Program-made: the position numbers and the translations under genes
The notes under the pieces: generated by a model
Databases searched by the model: none
What the model was told of the DNA's origin: nothing
The model's input: the letters and a program-made list of their open reading frames with translations, nothing else
Shown: positions 46,578 through 51,987 of the stretch, one piece after another
How the letters are laid out: each line of letters starts with the position of its first letter
How positions within the stretch are numbered: the stretch's first letter is position 1
Virus record (IMG/VR): IMGVR_UViG_3300005323_000037
Coordinates: 1-51,987 of that record
Direction: 5' to 3' (one strand)
Length of the DNA: 51,987 nucleotides
DNA from: a virus
Taxonomy: Duplodnaviria; Heunggongvirae; Uroviricota; Caudoviricetes

Positions 46578-46588
46578 ATTATAGCACA
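46578..46588 (-). promoter_or_regulatory. extended -10 element upstream of the secreted protein gene
   Basis: TGTGCTATAAT in the 46558-46598 intergenic gap. Confidence 0.5.
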
Positions 46589-46598
46589 AGCTGAGCAA

Positions 46599-49500
46599 TT
46601 ATGCAAGCACAAAGCGGCGTAAAGTTACAGTGGTCTTGAATTCACGACGCTTCTCATTAGATGACCACTGGCGACGTACATTCTCAATTACCCAGTGTCC
46701 ATAGCTAAGGCTGCTTGGTCCTATTGCAAGCGATACGACTTGCTTAGCACGACACCATTCTCCAATGCCTTTGATGTCTAGCGTACAAGTAGTCTGGCTC
46801 TTCTCCTTGCGCCACATAGCTTGTGCTAAGGAGCGCGCGTCCTCTTCTTCTACTACTAGATCAGTGATTTCCTTAAGTGGCGACACCGCATTGGCAGGAT
46901 ATATTTCACGAGATAAGAGCTTGTTATCATGTGTCTTAGCCGAGACTGCTACGCCATTATACTCAGTAGTGTTAGTTTTGAAGCTCCATGGTCCACGCAC
47001 ATGCGTAGGTAATAGATCAGCCTTCGACCAGATATCATAACCATCAGTCTGTGGCCACCACGGGTCACGGTAAATGTGCACTTGCGACTCTGGTGTGTAG
47101 ACTACTAGGCAGCCAGTAGATTCAGCGATCTTGTTTAGCACTTGTGCTAGGCGCTCGATGCCAATTTTCATATCACCGATACGGCCATACAATTGTGACG
47201 GTAGGCTAGAATTAGTTTTGTCCACTATATCATTAGCATCTAAGAAGGTGTTATCAATTAGAATCTTCTTGATAACATAATAGCTGGCCGAGCCATCTAG
47301 ATCAGCGTAGCCAGATTCGTCTACTGATAACTGATCCATAGTAGCTCTGATCCGATTGATTCTGGCACGTCCACTGTCCTGCATTTTATCAATTGTAACT
47401 AGGATTGTGCGCACCCAGCGATAAGATGATGTTTCAGTGCTTAGCACCTGCGTTTGCTTACCGCCGTCCGTGCCAATATTGAGTGGCTTAGCATAGTCAG
47501 CGACAAATAGCGCACTGGCATCGCTTGGTGTGCGCGTATCATGAAAATAGGATGTGTACAATGCCCCTACTTGAATTTTTGGCAAGCCTTCACGGCGATC
47601 AATGGATATACTTGATAGCGGCCAGCCAGTTTGGGCCGTACTGGCAGACATCGGAAATACTGGCGTACCTTGCAAATACATCTGCGATAGTGGCGCAGTC
47701 ATAATTAGTGTACAAGCAGTTCTGGAAGTGTACTCAAATTCCTCTGCTTCAATTAGTCCGCTGCCGCTAGTTGGCCAGCCAGTTGTAGATGTAAGCCGCA
47801 GGACTGATCCACTCTCAGTAATAGCTGGAAAATAATCAGTTTCATCAACCTTAGCATCTTGTGCTTTCAAAGTAATTCTAACCCACTCACGATCGCCTTG
47901 CTCGACATAACCAGCGGGCCAAGGTGCGTTCTCAGCTACCCAATCCGCTGCTGTATCGGTATCGGTCAATGTTGGCTGGCGACGAATGGATTGGCCAGCA
48001 GTAAGACTAGACACGCTTATTGTTGAACCGGACCAATCTATCAATGGCCAAATATCTGTTAGGTCTGTAGAAGCAGATGAATTACCCCAAGCAATATAAT
48101 CATGAACACGCGTGCCGGTGGCTTGTCCTGGGCCACCTTCTCCCCAAACTAGATAGCCATCAGTTGGATGCAGATCAAACGCACAAGCTGTACCGCCCCA
48201 TATTTTCCCGCCTGGTAATACATATTGATAATTACGTGTCGGAAATGACGCTGCTTCAGCCACCCATTCCGCGTCATGATCGCCACCAGTGTACTGCTCA
48301 AAGAATGATGTGCGAGCACAGATGATGCCACGCTCACCGTGCGTGAATTGGTATGGACTCTCCCCCATGTCGAAATCTTTACCATTGCTGCCGTCAAATA
48401 ACTGAAATGCAAACACAGCAGGATTACCATAGGAGTTGCGTGAAATAATCCAATGGTCTCGCCATGCTATGTCCAGTGACGCATCGGGCCAGCCCATATA
48501 GGCCTCAATCCACCAAGTGTTGGCCCTTGACCAACCCGCGGCAGGTGTATTGAAGACCTCATCAAATATTATAGCAACAGGACTAGCAGACGCGACCGCG
48601 GACGCGCTAGGCTCATTCTGCGATATCCAAACTGATTCTAGTCTGTCATCAATAATATTGTCCGCCCCAACTACAGCTTGCGTACCAGCAAACTCCCGAT
48701 AGCTGATGCCATTGTAGGTCTTTACACCAGACTCATCACTCGCTACAGCTAATGTAGATGATACGTCAACAGAGGCGTCCTCTAGCGCATTGATCTCACC
48801 GATGATAATTCTTGGACTATCATATCTTTGTAGTAGCCCATCGAAACTGGACACTCTACAACTCCACTCACCGCCCATGCGGTAGTCGTCCTTATGATCG
48901 TTCTCGGTAATGATGCCAACCCAATCAAATCCCCAGCCTGAATTAGTTGCATAGACTGATACTTTATCTACATACATTACGCTATCGGAATCGACTGCCC
49001 AGAGACGAATACTAACTGATGTGCAACCCGCTGGCGCAGTAAACTCTTTACATATCTTCTGCCATACAGTTCCAGTGACATCAGTTTTGGTATGCGCGAC
49101 AATGTATGCGCTATGTGTACCATCGTAGATTGCATATTCACCAGACACGGACGTGCCATCGCCCTTAGTATAGAAGCATAGCCGATATGTTATGCCCGGA
49201 ACAACAGTGATGCCCCAAGCTAGCCACGCGCCAGATGAGCCAGCTTTGATAATTGCCGCATAGCCATCACCATCGTAGTCGTCTACTGTAGCATCAGTGA
49301 TTGCGCCACTACTGGCACTATTTACTTCGGATATAGTAGCCCAGTCATCAGAAGTATTATCATCTGCGGTACCCGTGAAATCTGAGAACTGCCCATTGGT
49401 TACGCCAGTAATCAAATCCGTACCATAGATTGGTCCATTGTCATCGTACAGGTTATAGCAAGCCAATGACATAATGCCCTTACCCGGACCAAAGTATGCT

Positions 49501-49778
49501 TCATTGAATGTATCGCCCTTTAGATTAGCATCCCATGTCACTGCGCTTTCGCGCCAGTCTTGTGACCAATTGCCAGAAAAGTATACGTACGAGCTTACAT
49601 CAGTCCACTGGCTAGCCGAGACAATTGTATCAGCACAAGCAGACCAGCCAGTGGGAAGACTGTACACAGCATAATCAGACGGCTCAATTGTAGTATAGTC
49701 GCTAATCGAATAATATTTATACCTGACATCAAAGTAGGTAGCCAGTGTATTGCGATCTTCCTGTGCAGTCAACGCCAT
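46599..49778 (-). CDS. baseplate hub/central tail protein with CBM4/9-like insertion
   Basis: Position after tape-measure and distal-tail genes; NGQFS...ITYRLCFYTK...WQKICKEFTAP...DKVSV; C-terminal hub-like strands. Confidence 0.65.
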   Translation of the reverse strand: MALTAQEDRNTLATYFDVRYKYYSISDYTTIEPSDYAVYSLPTGWSACADTIVSASQWTDVSSYVYFSGNWSQDWRESAVTWDANLKGDTFNEAYFGPGKGIMSLACYNLYDDNGPIYGTDLITGVTNGQFSDFTGTADDNTSDDWATISEVNSASSGAITDATVDDYDGDGYAAIIKAGSSGAWLAWGITVVPGITYRLCFYTKGDGTSVSGEYAIYDGTHSAYIVAHTKTDVTGTVWQKICKEFTAPAGCTSVSIRLWAVDSDSVMYVDKVSVYATNSGWGFDWVGIITENDHKDDYRMGGEWSCRVSSFDGLLQRYDSPRIIIGEINALEDASVDVSSTLAVASDESGVKTYNGISYREFAGTQAVVGADNIIDDRLESVWISQNEPSASAVASASPVAIIFDEVFNTPAAGWSRANTWWIEAYMGWPDASLDIAWRDHWIISRNSYGNPAVFAFQLFDGSNGKDFDMGESPYQFTHGERGIICARTSFFEQYTGGDHDAEWVAEAASFPTRNYQYVLPGGKIWGGTACAFDLHPTDGYLVWGEGGPGQATGTRVHDYIAWGNSSASTDLTDIWPLIDWSGSTISVSSLTAGQSIRRQPTLTDTDTAADWVAENAPWPAGYVEQGDREWVRITLKAQDAKVDETDYFPAITESGSVLRLTSTTGWPTSGSGLIEAEEFEYTSRTACTLIMTAPLSQMYLQGTPVFPMSASTAQTGWPLSSISIDRREGLPKIQVGALYTSYFHDTRTPSDASALFVADYAKPLNIGTDGGKQTQVLSTETSSYRWVRTILVTIDKMQDSGRARINRIRATMDQLSVDESGYADLDGSASYYVIKKILIDNTFLDANDIVDKTNSSLPSQLYGRIGDMKIGIERLAQVLNKIAESTGCLVVYTPESQVHIYRDPWWPQTDGYDIWSKADLLPTHVRGPWSFKTNTTEYNGVAVSAKTHDNKLLSREIYPANAVSPLKEITDLVVEEEDARSLAQAMWRKEKSQTTCTLDIKGIGEWCRAKQVVSLAIGPSSLSYGHWVIENVRRQWSSNEKRREFKTTVTLRRFVLA

Positions 49779-49795
49779 GATTGATTGCTCCTATC

Positions 49796-50206
49796 TTACG
49801 CCGCGGCAGTAATATTGCTAACTGCAATCTTTACATCATAGTAGCGCGTTGCCGCACTGCCAGAGCCAATTTCAACGCGACTATACTCGGGCCGCTCAAG
49901 CCAGCCGGTATATCTTTCCCAGAGATTGGTCCTAGGATTTCTAAATGTCAGCCAAAACTCTACATCTACAGCCGTAGCTGAGCCAAAGAATGCTTGCCAC
50001 CAGTGCATACCGCAAGCAGTCATAAGCGTACTATTGATCTCACCGCGTGGGCTACCAAAGCCACCACATAATCTACCCATACCATCGCGCGAGCTAGTAT
50101 CTGGATAAACTACATTCATTGTGCCTGCAAACGTACCGTAGTAAGCCGTCTTAGGTACATCAGTCCATGAACCGGCTGAGCTGGATTTATATTGAAAGTC
50201 ACCCAT
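49796..50206 (-). CDS. probable distal tail/minor tail protein
   Basis: 136 aa directly after the tape-measure-like gene. Confidence 0.5.
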   Translation of the reverse strand: MGDFQYKSSSAGSWTDVPKTAYYGTFAGTMNVVYPDTSSRDGMGRLCGGFGSPRGEINSTLMTACGMHWWQAFFGSATAVDVEFWLTFRNPRTNLWERYTGWLERPEYSRVEIGSGSAATRYYDVKIAVSNITAAA

Positions 50207-51987
50207 TAGTCATTACTCCCTATGATGCTAAGCACCATGGCTTCGATGGCTTTGTAGAAGCCGCCGTTAGGCGTAGACGCTTTATCAATCATGCCTTGCT
50301 CGACATAACCCCAAGTTGATTCGCCGCGTGACTTCAATGACTTCTGATTCTTCTCGTCGCCTAGATATGTATCCATGCTACTCAAGAACATACCAATTGT
50401 ACCAGCAACGATATCTTTGATGTTATCTGAGTCGATGCCTAAGATATTTTTAGCAATGTCGGAATTAGTATCTAAGTCCTTAGCAGCATCTGAGATATTG
50501 GTTTGAATATCTTTGACTGATGCCTCAGTAGCGGCCTTACTATTTGGGGCAATGTTCTTGATTACCTCTTCAAATGGCAAGCCAAATTCATCGGCTATAC
50601 TTTGTGCAAACGCGGCTGATTGATCTTCGCCCTGCATCTGCTGCTTGACTGTATCGGCAATTTGCGCGCGCTGATCGGGTCCGATGTATTGCTGTACATT
50701 CGGTTCCATCCAGAGGCCCATTTCCATGTTCTTTAGAGCAGCGGTGGCTTGTTCTTTAGCCTGATCGAAGCCCATGCCATCAAAGTACATCTGATACCAT
50801 TTACGCGTGTCTACTCCCTCATGTGGCGTGCCAAGATTCTTAGAAATATCAGCTAAGCGGTAGAAGGATTCAAATGGACCATTTGCTCCCGCCGCTAATG
50901 GACCGCCACCATTAGTGCCACCACGGACATCATAGAGATCAATAGCCTGTTTCTGTCCCGTAGCAAGCGCTTCTTCGATGTCTGATTTAGCTTTTTTGGC
51001 CGCATCTTCTAGCTCGCTGCCTACATCATCAAAGTATTGCGAAGCCGTGTCGGCAGTGTCGGCGGCCATTTGTTCCATGGCGCTTTGATATGCGTCCGCT
51101 ACGTTTGGAATAGATAGCACAACCTGCTCCAATGGATTGCTCTCCATTGGGTTATACCAATCCTTGATAGTAGTATCTATTTTTGGCAGGCTGTCCAGTA
51201 GCCCATTAATTAGACCAAGTAGCCACGCGGGTAATCCTACTAGCTTATTCTTGATCCACTCCATAATGCCGCCACCGATACCCTTGCCTACATCGGCAGC
51301 CTTAGATACGGCTTGTGGTTTCGCAACTGAAACAGCGTTACTTATTGGACCAATGAACGAAGAAGCAATGCTACTGATAGCTTTTTTGGCATCTAGTTTT
51401 GGTGCTACTGGAATAGTTAGTGACCAATCTTTGGAGCCTTTAATTACATCCCCTAGTAGCTGTGGAGCATTTTCTACTGTAGCGAGCGGTTTAGTTAGTC
51501 CAGTAATTTGCTTTTGCTCAACCTCTTTACTAGCAAGTGTCTGGTACTCTTTGTATGCAGTTATATAATCATCAGTCGCTAATGCCGCGCCTTTCCACTC
51601 ATTAGCTAGCTTGATTACACTCTCGCTTTGCGCTGCAACTTTTGACGTGCCACCAAACGATGTGCCACCATTGCCAAGAAATGGATTATAGGCTTCCGTA
51701 AATGTAGACCTACCACCGCCCATCGCTTTACCTAGGCGCTCTATATAATCACCGTATTTACTGCTACCGCCGCCAGATGGCCCAACGGAAGATGGCAAAG
51801 CTGCGCCAAATGACGTGCTACCTCCACCGGCTGCAACGCCCAGCTTGTATATTTCATTGAACGAAGTTGCGCCACCACCAGTAGCCCCAATTGACACGGG
51901 TGGCGCAACGCCAAACTGGCTACCGCCGCCGCCCATGGCGACACCCAAGCTATATATATCACTGAAAGACGATGTGCCGCCACCAGA
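50206..51987 (-). CDS. probable tape measure protein, C-terminal part (runs off the window)
   Basis: Frame open to base 51987; Ala-rich helical region; position before tail genes. Confidence 0.6.
   Translation of the reverse strand, partial: SGGGTSSFSDIYSLGVAMGGGGSQFGVAPPVSIGATGGGATSFNEIYKLGVAAGGGSTSFGAALPSSVGPSGGGSSKYGDYIERLGKAMGGGRSTFTEAYNPFLGNGGTSFGGTSKVAAQSESVIKLANEWKGAALATDDYITAYKEYQTLASKEVEQKQITGLTKPLATVENAPQLLGDVIKGSKDWSLTIPVAPKLDAKKAISSIASSFIGPISNAVSVAKPQAVSKAADVGKGIGGGIMEWIKNKLVGLPAWLLGLINGLLDSLPKIDTTIKDWYNPMESNPLEQVVLSIPNVADAYQSAMEQMAADTADTASQYFDDVGSELEDAAKKAKSDIEEALATGQKQAIDLYDVRGGTNGGGPLAAGANGPFESFYRLADISKNLGTPHEGVDTRKWYQMYFDGMGFDQAKEQATAALKNMEMGLWMEPNVQQYIGPDQRAQIADTVKQQMQGEDQSAAFAQSIADEFGLPFEEVIKNIAPNSKAATEASVKDIQTNISDAAKDLDTNSDIAKNILGIDSDNIKDIVAGTIGMFLSSMDTYLGDEKNQKSLKSRGESTWGYVEQGMIDKASTPNGGFYKAIEAMVLSIIGSND
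51660..51987 (-). repeat. about 35-aa Gly/Ser/Phe-rich tandem repeats
   Basis: SGGGTSSFSDIYSLGVAMGGGGSQFGVAPPVSIGA / TGGGATSFNEIYKLGVAAGGGSTSFGAALPSSVGP / SGGGSSKYGDYIERLGKAMGGGRSTF. Confidence 0.8.

Noticed and set aside
22-51983. Many opposite-strand or alternate-frame ORFs in the track (e.g. 22-423, 3166-3597, 10352-10666, 22378-22731, 37115-37600, 51137-51568)
   Set aside because: They are shadows of well-supported genes, with no SD, motifs or operon logic
1-51987. Stop-codon reassignment, tRNA genes, introns or inteins
   Set aside because: Genes close normally on TAA, TAG and TGA with dense standard-code coverage; TerL and the helicase have normal lengths; no cloverleaf noticed by eye (tRNAscan not run)

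Overview
The window looks like a 52-kb segment of a tailed dsDNA bacteriophage genome: dense small ORFs, ATGA/TAATG overlaps, and no bacterial housekeeping genes, integrase, rRNA, tRNA or CRISPR array that I could see. Left to right: (i) small early-type ORFs and a Pol-beta-type nucleotidyltransferase (+); (ii) a leftward packaging unit with a portal protein carrying an N-terminal MerR-like HTH, an AP2-like/metallophosphoesterase fusion, TerS and TerL; (iii) a rightward regulation/recombination/replication arm (XRE, RHH and MerR HTHs, ERCC4 nuclease, Sak4-like ATPase, DinG-like Fe-S helicase, DNA methyltransferase, thioredoxin, MazG-like protein); (iv) a ~13-kb leftward cluster resembling a nonulosonic-acid (pseudaminic/legionaminic-type) pathway with unusual tailoring enzymes (PseB-like dehydratase, NeuB/PseI synthase lacking the C-terminal SAF domain, class III aminotransferase, PseG-like hydrolase, SpsF-like cytidylyltransferase, Gfo/Idh/MocA, SDR, methyltransferase, radical SAM/SPASM, ATP-grasp) and no recognisable glycosyltransferase; (v) glycoside-hydrolase-like/lysis genes, a secreted GH-DNRLRE-LTD protein, and tail fibre, baseplate and probable tape-measure genes. 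The best candidate for an undescribed system is the phage-encoded nonulosonate pathway; second is the HTH-portal fusion with its structured leader. A Chloroflexota-like host is inferred from domain types only. All product calls come from motif recognition by eye; no searches were run.
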